A stretch of 50,086 bases of DNA, the filler included, from Streblomastix strix (lineage: Eukaryota): assembly GCA_008636045.1 (NCBI GenBank). It is 3 parts of 3 records of this genome, joined end to end, with 100 filler letters (N's around TTAATTAATTAA, not from the genome) between each part and the next. Parts side by side here need not be neighbours in the genome. Positions count along the whole stretch, not along the records: positions 16,731 to 33,359 come from SNRW01000782.1; positions 33,460 to 50,086 come from SNRW01000783.1; 1 more part is not named here. The stretch is one strand, 5' to 3'. The notes under the pieces are model-generated. The model searched no databases. It had not been told where the DNA came from and worked only from the letters and a program-made list of their open reading frames with translations. The translations under genes and the position numbers were made by a program. Positions within the stretch are counted from its first letter, which is position 1. Each line of letters opens with the position of its first letter. Of the stretch, positions 28,151 to 40,300 are shown piece after piece.

Positions 28151-29849
28151 TAGTTGTGTTTTGTAAAATATTTATTTGCTAATTAATGTTTTGAACTTAT
28201 TCTACTAAGCCAGCCTTACTCTCCAAATGGAAAATAATTGGATAAATCATTGAATCGACAAAAAGATTTAATACATTTTTTATTTACGATCAATAAGCTT
28301 TTGCATGGATTGTAAATCCTTATGGAAGAGGTATGTTTCCATCTTTATTTTGATAAATTTCAGCTATCTCATCTGTTTTGAGGTTATTGAACCATATTAG
28401 ATCTTTCTTTGTATCTGAATTAAATTATAGAGACAATTTTGGAAATTATTTTATTTGTTTGCTTTAAAATTTCCAATTTTTAATTTTTTAATACTTAATA
28501 TAAATATTTATATTATTTCACAAATGGATTTTTTCGTTTAAATTTTTCACAATTTTTGTTAGATGTTCGTTAACTAATTTTATTTATTAATTTTCATGAA
28601 TACTTTTTTTATTGTTATTATTATTAGTAATCTTTTAATCTCTATTCGACATCTTCATCAGGATCAAAAAAGTAGCAATGGCTAAATTTTTTTAAATTTT
28701 TAACTGAAGATTTAGGGAGCTTGATGTTTTGTAGATCTAATTTTGGATTTCCCTAAACATATGCACTAATACCTTGACGCAATACTTAAGGTGCATTTAG
28801 TGACGCAAACAACACGGAAAAATTATATTTTCTAATATTTCTCATGAAACGTTTAGATTTTTATGTTCATAATTAAAAAGTTATTTGAAAGGAATAAGAT
28901 ATGAGTTCAGCTAATTTTTTCCAAGATTTTATGTAGCAAAAGTGCCCATAATAGAATTCATAATATATAAAATTATTTTAAATTTTCATATAATATAAAT
29001 TTAAGATAAAAATGTAAATTTACTCTACAAAAGTTGAGATAAATTGTTTTTTTAAATCAAATGTTTTAATTATATTCAATGAAAATCATTAAATAACTAT
29101 AATAATTACTTTAATAAAATTTATGAACAATTAAATTTTCATTAATATTAATTGTTTTATATTTATTCTTAAGCTATAACTTTAATTTTTATTTATTTTA
29201 ACTATTTTGACTTTTATATTGATTATTACATATTTTTTAATAAATTTTCAGTTCAATAAATAATAGTTTCATTATTTAATTTATTATTGATAAATATTCA
29301 ATTAAATTTTTTGTCATAATTTGCTAATTATTTTTTGATTTTTAAAATCTACTTTTAGTATGCTTTAGTAATAATTTATTTGATACAACTGTTTTATTTT
29401 CAATATTAAGTTAATATTTAATTATTTGAATATAAAATCATAAAATATTAATTAAATTATTTAATTAATTTTTCTTATTAAATAAATTTCAATACTAAAT
29501 TTTTAGTCAAACGTAAAATATTATTTAACAATATCTAAATATCTGTTTAAATTACATCGATTTATTTAATTTTTTAATATTTATACCTATTTTATAATTA
29601 TTTAGATTATTTTCTTACAATTAATATTCGTATTTTTAGTTAGAAATAAGATCTATTAAATCTGATTATACTTTTTACTTAAAACTATCGCTAAAACACA
29701 AAATAAGTGTTGGAAAAGATAAATGATTAATGGTCAAAGATGAAAAATCGTCTTTTTCTCATCAATTACTATAATCAAACGAGTTAGCTTACTAACAATT
29801 TGTTGCTCATTGGAAATTCTCCAGAACGAATATCTGCAACATCCTGTGT

Positions 29850-31160
29850 GTTAAAATTAACCACCAAACACATTTATAAAAGCGAAAAGAACAGCTGTAC
29901 ATCCATAGCAGAATGATACATCTAATAATTATGTTGAAAGTTCCACAATCACATCACAGACGATTATATCAGATACAGCATTAGTCACAGTCATCAGAGG
30001 AGTGTGTAATTATGGAGTTACATTCTATATGACCATATATCCTATATATATAGCGAATACGAATATAATCAGTTATATGATCATATCACTGAGCATGAAC
30101 ACAGATGCAACTAGTAATTCGATGAGGAATGATGCAAATAATCCCCATTTGAAGTAGAAAAACTAGTTGCTTCCTAGTTTTTATTGCAACTTCTGGTTTC
30201 TTATCATCATTTTTTTCATCTTTTTTTTATTTTTACTGGTTTATCATCTTTTTTAGCTTCTGGAGCTGCAGTTACTGAAACTGGATTTCTATTTGAATCC
30301 CACTTAATTGCACCATATGCAACAGCTAATAATCCATATACAATCTCTTTATTCTCATTAATCTTTAAATAAACTCCCTTCCCCATCTCATCTAGTAAGA
30401 AATACAAGTGATTAAAGAACATCTGCAATGAATGTATAGCCATTTTTGATGAAATTTAAGTCTCTCCGATGATTGTAACACCGTTAGATGTCAGTATTGT
30501 GTGCCTTAGTTGTGCTAGATTAAAATTAACTTCAGATTCAGCTGCGAGATCAACAATTACTGATTTATTCTTCATCACGTCAATTTATTCTACTGGAAGA
30601 AGCTTAGGTGCAGGTTTAATTGGGATTCAGATATCTATTTAGAATATCCACCTACTGAATCACTTTATTCATGTACACAAACAGTTAAGAATTCACCTCC
30701 AATTGATTCAATCTGTATTCTGACAGCTGATCTTGTATCAAAAGCTCTTACAATAGCGCCCAGGCATTTAGGTGCTCCAATCGCAGCTAATTCAGCAACG
30801 CCATCTCTGATGCTAAGTACTTTAGCTGGATTAACTGATCCAGCAGCTGTGACCTATCCAATCATATAACTTGAGAAGAAATTCGAAGCTTCAATTACTG
30901 CTCTATAACCAGATATTTTGGCCATTGATGAGAGTAAATCGCATTTCTACACTCTGCTCATACATGGGATTAGATCCATACCAAAAGCAGTCACATCAGC
31001 TTTCACATATTCTTTTAATAGAACAATATTTCTTGCTGGATATAAGTAAGATAGAATAACTTAGTCTTTCCTCATTAATGATACTTCATGCACATTTAGA
31101 GTTGGATGTTATTGCGGTGGTCTCACTTTCTAGATGATCTCAGCTTTATTATTAAATTCT
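29850..31160 (-). pseudogene. pntA: NAD(P) transhydrogenase alpha part (domain I plus alpha membrane helices), decayed
   Basis: KVRPP...GMDLIPCMSRVQKCDLLSSMAKISGYRAVIEAS...GQVTAAGSVNPAKVL...LGAIVRAFDTRSAVRIQIESIGGEFL...GGYSK//IPIKPAPKLL...SVIVDLAAE...NVTPQLHTPLMTVTNAVSDII...INVFGG. The GxGxxG motif is decayed (IRDGVAE), and there is an internal deletion with frameshift at ~30627. Confidence 0.92.
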
Positions 31161-32429
31161 ATTATATAATAAATAAAAGTTAAAAATATTAATTTGATTC
31201 TCATAATTCATTTTGCAAATAATTATAAAATAATACTTTATAAATACCCATGAAATGTTCAACTTTTTCTTTATTTTTTTCATCCAAGAATTTCTGTTCT
31301 AATTCAAATTAGGAGATATAATTTATAAATCAAATAAGCTAAAAATAGTATCTAATAAAAGATTTAGACAGAAACAACGAATATAAGGCCTCTTATAATG
31401 ATCATTTCATCATAACGCATCTCAGATGGCATTTGCACATTTATACCTTAAAATGCAATTCCAGGCCTAAAAATATTTATTTATAAAGATAGATGAAAAA
31501 TTAATTTCATGTATTCAAATAAAATAAAAACAAATAATGTCTATTTTAAAATTATTAATTAAAATAATCCAGTTACATACTTCCACCCTTTTTAGTCTAA
31601 AGTACTGAATCAATCTATAAAATTTTGCCTTCAAAATCAATTTTTTGAATATATATTTTTATCTTTGTTATAGAAGCAAAATTGTCAGATTAATATTTTG
31701 TTAATTTTTTTTTCATCTTTTTCTTAATATATTACTCTTTCGTGCGTTTTTTTATGATTGATCTTATTTCATTATTTCTTAATTTTTTATTTGAGTTAAA
31801 AATATTTCAATTTCTGAATTTTATATCTTTCAATATATTTTTTTTGATTTAATATTGTATTTTTCATTTCTTTTTCTATCAATCTAGCCATCAATTTTTT
31901 TAATATTCCCAAATAAATCATTATTATAAACATATTCATTGAACACCTTATTCTTTTGATGTTGAATTATTATTAGTATTTAATTAACTTCAATTTATTT
32001 AAAATTTATACTTGTTTAATCTTTAAAATCAATTTTCTTAGGTTCAGCTTCGTCATATTCTTTAATTTCAAGATTTTAATTAAATTCTTTATATTATAAT
32101 GTTATTTAATTTGCCATATTCAATGTGATTTATTAATCTTCCAATTCCTAATATTTTTCACCATATTTCAAAAACTTCCTTCATATTCACTTTTCTCACG
32201 ATTTTCTATATAAGCTCTATTCAAAACGATGTGAATATCTCCTTGACAGGAAATAATAATTGCACAATAGGTCTGTAATAAGAAATTTAAATAATTAAAA
32301 ATATATTTTAATGAATTTTTGTTTTGATTCTAATCGTTGTATGAGCAAATTATATTCTGCATATTGAACTAAAAAATTAAAAAATATAAAATAAAAAAAT
32401 TGATTAATATTGTTTTTAAGGAGCAAATT

Positions 32430-33359
32430 CAAAGAATATTGATTGTATCGGACTGGAAAGGTAAGATAAGGTGGACAATGTCTTAAGAGATAATGGTGAG
32501 AGTAGAGTAAGTGGAGAGTAGCGTGGAGGTCATGATTAGAGGAGCGAGAATGGTGCAGAAGTATCTGAAAGTTCTTCTGAGGAAAATATTGGTTTTATAG
32601 GCAAACGTGGCTTAGAATGTGCAAGGCTCTTCAGATAAATACTGAAATAATCAGGATTATCAAATGATGAAGTTCAAACAATAATTTATTATTGGTAAGA
32701 GAGCTGGAGAAGACATGGATGTGCATTGTCATCATTCAAAGAATATCTAGATTCAAAAAGAACGAGAATATTGAATATAATGTGAGTTTAGAAACCATAA
32801 ATAATGCAAGCAGAATAAATAAATAGCCAATTAAATAAACAATCTGACGCATTTGTATTATAGACTTGGACCTCGGTTTCAACGTTATTTGATTAACTTG
32901 GAAGGAAATAAGATGATATTAAGAAAAAAATCTTTGAACAACTGATGCTTTAACCAATTGCAAACATTACGAAAGTGGTAAAAGAAGAAAATATATATGG
33001 AAATTATCTGCCGATCAATTAATGAATATTACAATGACATTAGTAAAGGTTTATACATTATTGACGTTAGCCAATATATAAAGAACATTACTGGATATGT
33101 CATAAATAGACATATGAGTGGCCATAGTACGCACAAATCTGCTCAAAGAGAAAGTAAGGAAAATAGAAGTTACACTAAAAGCAACAGAGAACAAAGATGT
33201 TTGTCCAATAACTTGGATAAAAACATGGAATTATAAGACAAAGGCCTAAACAACTGAAATTAATGAGCTGTGGAAAAATGGTTCTAAATAAAGTAAATTT
33301 TCCAGCTAAATGTAGTATGAGAGTAAGATGTGTTATGCTGTTAGCTGGAATTGATAAGC
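32430..33359 (+). mobile_element. DIRS-like retrotransposon relic: end of pol ORF overlapping a tyrosine-recombinase ORF; cut by contig end
   Basis: IVSDWKGKIRWTMSQEIM...GARMVQKYLKVLLRKIL (pol tail) overlaps RLFRQILKQSGLSNDEVQTIIYYWQESWRRHGCALSSFKEYL...IEVTLKATENKDVCPITWIKTW (YR-type CP motif). Several TGA stops and frameshifts. Confidence 0.72.
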
Positions 33360-33459
33360 NNNNNNNNNNNNNNNNNNNNNNNNNNNNNNNNNNNNNNNNN
33401 NNNTTAATTAATTAANNNNNNNNNNNNNNNNNNNNNNNNNNNNNNNNNNNNNNNNNNNN
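33360..33459. other. Artificial contig-joining linker N44-TTAATTAATTAA-N44
   Basis: Identical to the linker at 16631-16730. Confidence 0.97.
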
Positions 33460-33844
33460 CGAAGATGCTGTTATTACCATAGCTACTGCAATTGTATCTG
33501 ATCGTCCAAAACCATCAGCTAAATTGAGTTCTGATGTATCACTGATGAAATATACAGTAGGATCAATATCGCATGTTATTGGTAAACCAGTTCCTGGGTA
33601 TCAATCATTGGAGCAATTCCCAGTGAATGTTGATGCTGATGCACAGAAATTGAGACAACCGCCTCCAGTTGAGATCAAAATATTACCAAAAGATGATAAA
33701 TTGGGATCGGGTTCTGCTAGATCTGGATTAGAATATAGTTAAAAGAGAAGGACTTATAAAATACTCGGATACTTGTTGAGATGTAGATTATTTATAGCAA
33801 ACTTAAAATAAATTTAATTTAAATAAAATCAAATCATTTCTTGA
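33460..33844 (+). CDS. AP3B: Partial AP-3 complex beta subunit, post-trunk segment
   Basis: DRPKP...KYTVGSISHVIGKPVPGYQSLEQFPVNVDADAQKLR resembles the AP3B motif F.LG(S/T)LSH.....A.GY.EL..WP...PD.S.R. 5' end cut by the contig start; similarity fades after ~33745. Confidence 0.65.
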
Positions 33845-34380
33845 ATTTTTGAAAAAAATTCAATTAATTTATAAACTGGATTATTTTATTTTCTAGTCAT
33901 TCAAACTTTATATTTTTCAAAAATTTGTCCCTTTCCGAACATTTACAACTAATTAAACACTAAAATCATTCATTTAAGGAAATGACGGTTGTAAACTACA
34001 AAATTTATAAAAAACCCCGAATAACTTTTCATGCAAATTATAAAATTGGAATATTAATGTTAATTTACCACTAATAAATTCATCGCACATTATTTTAATT
34101 ATTATTGTTATGACTTCAACTATTAGTATTCTATTGCTTAATAATGGTAATTTTTTGTTCAATAAAATTCATCCTATCCGCATTATAAAGAGATATTTTA
34201 CATTCCAAGTTTATTTTATTACTTAATTTACAAATATAATTAATATTTTTTGATATTTCAATAAATTAATATACGAAAAATGTTGCAGCACTGATTAAAA
34301 GAAAAGACTATAAAATTTTTATATATATTTTATTATTATTTTATAATTTATTCTTAAATTCTCATAAATACACCAGAATA

Positions 34381-37300
34381 ATGACACAAACCGATGAATT
34401 GTACGAAGTAATTAGGGATTATGGTGGACAGGATGGTAATCCTTAATTCGTTCCAGTAACAAAAGGAGAAATTGTTCATGTGATCAAAAAAGAAATCGAG
34501 TTTTATACAATTGAGAAGAACAGCTAGATTGGAAAAGTACCAATGGAATGTATTCGACCATATAGTGGTTAATAGTCAACAAGTCAAGATCATATATGTT
34601 AAACATCAGTGAATAGTTAAAATTAAGATAATAATTCACATCTCTCAGAATCTAAATATGGAAATGAAACTAAAGCAACTGATAAAATAAGTGATGTAGC
34701 GTATTCATATCATTCTAAATAATCTTAATAATCACTTCTTTCAAAATCTAAATAAAAGATTGAAACCAATTCACATGATGTTTAAACGAATCTTTTTTAA
34801 GCACCTTATTCTAAAAAGTCATAATAATCTTAATAATCAATTAATTCAAGATCTAAACGTGGAAAAGAAACAAAAATATTTGATAATGTAAGTGCTGTAG
34901 CGTATTCATTTCATTCAAAATAATCTTAATAATCACTTCTTTCAAAATCTAAATAAAAGACTGAATTAAAAACTACAGATAATTTGGCAGATTCTGTTTA
35001 TGCTTCTTATTCTAAAAAGACATAATAATCTTAATAATCTCTTCATTCAAGATCTAAAAGTGGAAATGAAACTAAAGCAACTGATAAAATAAGTGATGTA
35101 GCGTATTCATCTCATTCAAAATAATCTTAATAATCTTAATAATCACTTCTTTCAAAATTTAAATAAAGTACTGAATCAAAAACTACAGATAATTTGGCAG
35201 ATTCTGTTTATGCTTCTTATTCTAAAAAGACATAATAATCTTAATAATCTCTTCATTCAAGATCTAAAAGTGGAAATGAAACTAAAGCAACTGATAAAAT
35301 AAGTGATGTAGCGTATTCATCTCATTCAAAATAATCTTAATAATCACTTCTTTCAAAATCTAAATAAAAGACTGAAACCAATTCACATGATGATTAAACG
35401 AATCCTTTTTATGCACCTCATTCTAAAAAGACATAATAATCTTAATAATCAATTAATTCAAATTCTAAACATGGAAAAGAAACAAAATTACCTGATAAAA
35501 TAAGTGATGTTGCGTATTCATCTCATTCAAAATAATCTTAATAATCTTAATAATCACTTCTTTCAAAATTTAAATAAAGGACTGAATCAAAAACTACAGA
35601 TAATTTGGCAGATTCTGTTTATGCTTCTTATTCTAAAAAGACATAATAATCTTAATAATCTCTTCATTCAAGATCTAAACGTGGAAAAGAAACAATAATA
35701 TTTGATAAAATAAGTTTTGTAGCGTATTCTTATCATTCTAAATAATCTTAATAATTTTAATAATCACTTATTTCAAAATCTAAATAAAAAATTGAAACCA
35801 ATTCACTTGAAGATTTAACCAATCATTTTTATGCACCTCATTCTCATAAGTCATTGTAATCTTTTTCATCAATTTAATCAGTAATATCTGTAAATACTTC
35901 TGCTTCTTCATGGTTTGATATAGAGAGATTTTTAATATTAAATTTTATTTATTTTTAAATTATATTTATGATATTTATTTAGGTATAATTTATTATTTGA
36001 AATTCCAAGATATGAAGATTGTATGAATTATTTTTTTCTATTCCAATTTTTGATTTATTTATTAATCTTTTTCAGTTGACATTATTAAGAAGCTTTCTGG
36101 TGGTGCAATGGGTAAGACATTTTTAGTGCAACTGAAATTGACCGGGAAATAATATGTAATGAAACGAGGTTTGAAAATTTGGTTGATTCAACAATTTATT
36201 AATTTTTTTAATTTTTTATTTATTACAGTGGACTATTTGGAGGATAATGATAAAAAAAGAGCTTATTTGGAAGCTACAATTATGCAGAAACTATCGTCAC
36301 GCTATACTGTTTGATTAATTTATTTTTTAAATAATAATAATCTTAAACTTATTTTTTAATTTTAAGGTTCGTTTGATTTGGGCTTTTGAAGATAGAGAAG
36401 AATTATTCATGATAACTGACTATTGCGAACTTGGAGACTTGAGAAAAGTTATCAAAGATTTATAATTATTATCTGAAGAAGAACGTCTGAATGTATATTT
36501 ATTTTAATTGTTATATTTATTAATATTAATTTGATTTATTAATATTAATTGTTATATATATTATAAAACAGCGCGTATGGGATCTTTTTGCACAGATTAT
36601 CAAAGCAGTTGATATCATGCACTCATTAGGCATTATTCATAGAGATATCAAACCAGCCAATATATTTATTATGGAAGATGGAACAGCTCGATTAGGTAAT
36701 AAAAATATTTCTATATTTTTAATTGAATTTGATTAATTTAAATTCATTATCCCATTTTTTTATATTTTAATACTTTTTTCTATTTTTTCAGGTGATTTTG
36801 GATTGGCTAAAGATATCTCAGTAGAAAGTTTTGCTGCTGTTGCTGGTACACTGTTTGTTAATTAAATTTATTTTTTAGTATTAATTTAAATCAAATTTTC
36901 TTTTATTTTTCAAATTCATACAGAAATTATTAAGCTGCAGAAGTTTGGACAATGAGAAAGTATAATTTTATTATCGATTATATAAAAAATCAATTTATGT
37001 TATATTTACATCATTGTAGGATGAATTTATCTTCAGATGTCTTCGCAGTTGGAGTTTGCATATATGAACTGATTACAGGTGAAAATCCATTTTCTGCTTA
37101 ATCACAATAGGAGATGATTGAAAAGATTTAAAAAGGAGATATTAATCCATTTCCTTAATGGGTTCCTATTGAACTTAAATACATAATTACTGCAATGTTA
37201 AATCCAGTTTGAATTCTAATAGTCAAATAATTTTATCATTTAATTATTTTTAATTTATTTAATTTAAATGTAAATTAAATTATTTTTCAAACCTTTTATA

Positions 37301-40300
37301 TTTATATATATAGAATTAAAGTAATCGCCCTTCAACATAAATTATAATTGAAATTGAATAAATCAAGAGGAATATTAATATATTTGAAGACAGTTAAAAT
37401 TTAAAAGATTTAGAGAGAAATAAGAAATAATAATAAACATATTTATTAGATAAATAACCTGTAACTATTTAATAACTTAATTCCATTAAGGATGATATTA
37501 AATTATTACAAGTCAAACCATCTTCATAAACTCTATTTGAAAAGTTCACAGAAGCATTACGAGCAATAAGATCAGTTTAAACTGGGGAATAATCCGAAAT
37601 AACAGAAGAAATGACATCCACTACAAAAGAAATTGCAAATGATGTTGTTGTAATAACTCGCTAGAATATTGATGAAGAAAAATACATTTATTAAAGTATC
37701 AAAACTGGATTTGTTTGTGAACTTGTTAATTTAATCTCTCGCACTCCATCAAAAGAAATTAAATAAGAAATGATTGAAATAATTGAAATTATTAGTTGAA
37801 AAGGAACATCAAAACATATTCAGAAGATGTTTTATATGAATACAATTAATTCTCTCTAACCAATACTCAAGAATAATAATCAATAAATATAAGAAATTAT
37901 TCTTTAAATATTTCTCAATATTATTAGAAATGGATGGAATCGTATAAAATAATCATAATTATAACAATTGTCTGATTTGGAAGAGAATGATCAATAATAA
38001 TAAAATTAACCAAAATTCTTTATAAATAATTCTTATTCATCGCATAGATCAAACTCACAATAATCATAGCATTCAAATTCATCTCAAGGCTCTTAATTAT
38101 CAATGAAACTATAATAATCATTTCACAACATTCCTGATGAAAAATATACCCACAATATATTTGGTGACTTACAATTATCTTCTTAATAAGCATAATCTCG
38201 TATATAGAAACTTCTTCTTTTTCAGCATCCATATCAAACAATATTGGAAAGATAAAATATGATATAATTTTTGATTTAAGAAATTCTTGCTGACAATAAA
38301 TACAATATTGAGATTAAAGAGAAAATTTGTGAAATTCTTGATATATTATATATTAATGGTTTTAAATTCAATGATAAATTTGGTACTCAAATCATTGAAT
38401 AATTTTGCCAATCAACCAAATCTAATGATAAGAACACTAGAAATCATGCATTTATTGCACTTACTTATTTATCTGTTAACAAAAGTATAAATAATATTAA
38501 TTACTATAATTATAATTATAATAAATATTAGTTATTATTATTATATTTCTTTAATTATTTATTGAAATAATTTTACCTATTTCATATATATTTATTTAAT
38601 AATTACTTTAATGATAGAGAATAATGAAGAAATCCTGAATGAAGACATACTCGATATAATATCTTAAGAAATCAAATCTGTTAATAAGGTGAATAATTCA
38701 GATATAATCAGAAATTCACTTATAATTTTGTAATACCTTTATATTAACGGCTCAAAGAAAACAAAACTTGAAATTAATAAAATAATGACCTTTGAACAAC
38801 TTGAATAATTAATGAATAATTAATATTATGTATCTGAAGCTGAAATCCTTATATCTACATTCTCAGATCCAATTACTTATGAGTAACTTATGAAGATTAA
38901 AAGATCGATCAATAATAAAAATGAAGAATATTTAGATGAATTATTTAATGCTGGATTATCAACTGTTCTGAATGAGTAAATAGTGAATATAATAATTAAA
39001 GAAGATAATAAAGAAGGATTATTGATTCTTCTTGGTTAAATACAAGAAATGATTCCCCAAGATATCATTTAAACATATAGATTAACATTTAATGAATCTG
39101 ATTTCATTGCTTAACAACTTTATATTCTAAATTCACTTGATGTTTCTGAAATAAAAGTAGAATAACTTGATATATTATTAAAAATTTCATATTAAACTTC
39201 TCCAAATCAAAGTCGAAGACTATTTTCTAAGGAAATATTTAGAACTATTATAAGAATATTTAATTCAGAAGATAAAGATGTAATTAATAAAGCAAATATA
39301 ATAATATCAAACTTCATCGAATATGAAATGAAGGATTTGAAAAAAGGGGAATAACATCCGTAACGCCAATAATTAATGACAAATGAAATATTAATGGATA
39401 TTAATTAATTATTAAAAAACAGTATTAAAAAAGATATTCATTATTTTATTGCGCAAATTATCGCAAATCTTTATAAAGCATATCCTCTTCCACCTGAAAT
39501 GTAAATTAAAGTAATTCAAGAACTCAAAAATAATAAAGATTACAATAAACTTTCGCTTCTTGCTGAATGTTCAGGTATAACAAATATAATATATTCAATA
39601 ATAAACATTAATTATAATTTAATTATCCTTGTTTATATTTATATTTATTAATTTATTAATTATTCAAAGAGAATAAATTTATTATTCTTGAGAATGGTAT
39701 TGAAAAGAAATTGTTTGAATACATTATAAGAACATTCGATTATTTTCATCTAACTTTGAAATATGTTAAATATTAATCTGTTGAAAATAGAATGGAATTT
39801 GCTCTATATGCCTAATAAGAAGTTATGAAATTAACAAATATTTAATATCTGAATGAATTTGGAAAAAGGTAAAGATGGTTTGATAATGAAAAATAAGAAA
39901 TTTAAATAAAAAGATAATAACTTCTTATAATAATAAAAGAAAATATAGATAATAATTCAATTAATTATTTTTCTTCAACCTAACCTTTAAATCATAAACG
40001 CATCTCAACAATTAGTAAATTGATAGATTATATTATTGAAAACAGAACAATTAGTATTTAATTATTTTGCAATCTTTTTGCAAAAACCTTAAAAGCTTAT
40101 GGATTTTTAACATAATAATAATAATATGATTAAGCTTCAGATAAGATTTAAATTATTTAAAAGGAAATAATAAGAAAATTAATTTCAATGATAAATTTTT
40201 AGACAATTAAGAATGACGAAGATATTGAACTAATTTTTTAATCTGGTCTAATAATTGAACTAATTGAATTAATCAAACATACTCCAATTGAATAATTAAC

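Larger units (their letters stand above)
22140..28652. mobile_element. Decayed endogenous Polinton-like/virophage-like virus segment (morphogenesis-type module)
   Basis: Four tightly packed intronless ORFs with short spacers, including an A32/FtsK-like packaging ATPase and a fibre-like repeat protein. Scattered TGA stops and frameshifts are present. Confidence 0.75.
25800..28652 (-). pseudogene. Tail-fibre-like protein with 22-aa repeats, interrupted by a MITE
   Basis: Candidate ATG at 28652 and TGA at 25800-25802. Repeats D(S/A)YSKTEDDALLLLKADKSELI. Fibre-like Q.I.G.K.F motifs (AQIISGQKQF, FQYIDGEKIF) and DDGSVLLTVGGD, with a beta-rich C-terminus. Internal TGA stops and frameshifts. Confidence 0.7.

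Noticed and set aside
28660..28960. Possible terminal inverted repeat of the viral element
   Set aside because: No matching inverted partner or target-site duplication was found in the contig.
32600..33359. Tyrosine recombinase as the integrase of the viral module
   Set aside because: It overlaps a DIRS-type pol tail and is separated from the module by the pntA pseudogene and other host-like sequence.
34651..35860. Possible CRISPR-like or satellite array
   Set aside because: Units are multiples of 3, lie in an open frame and have no unique spacers, so they are coding repeats.
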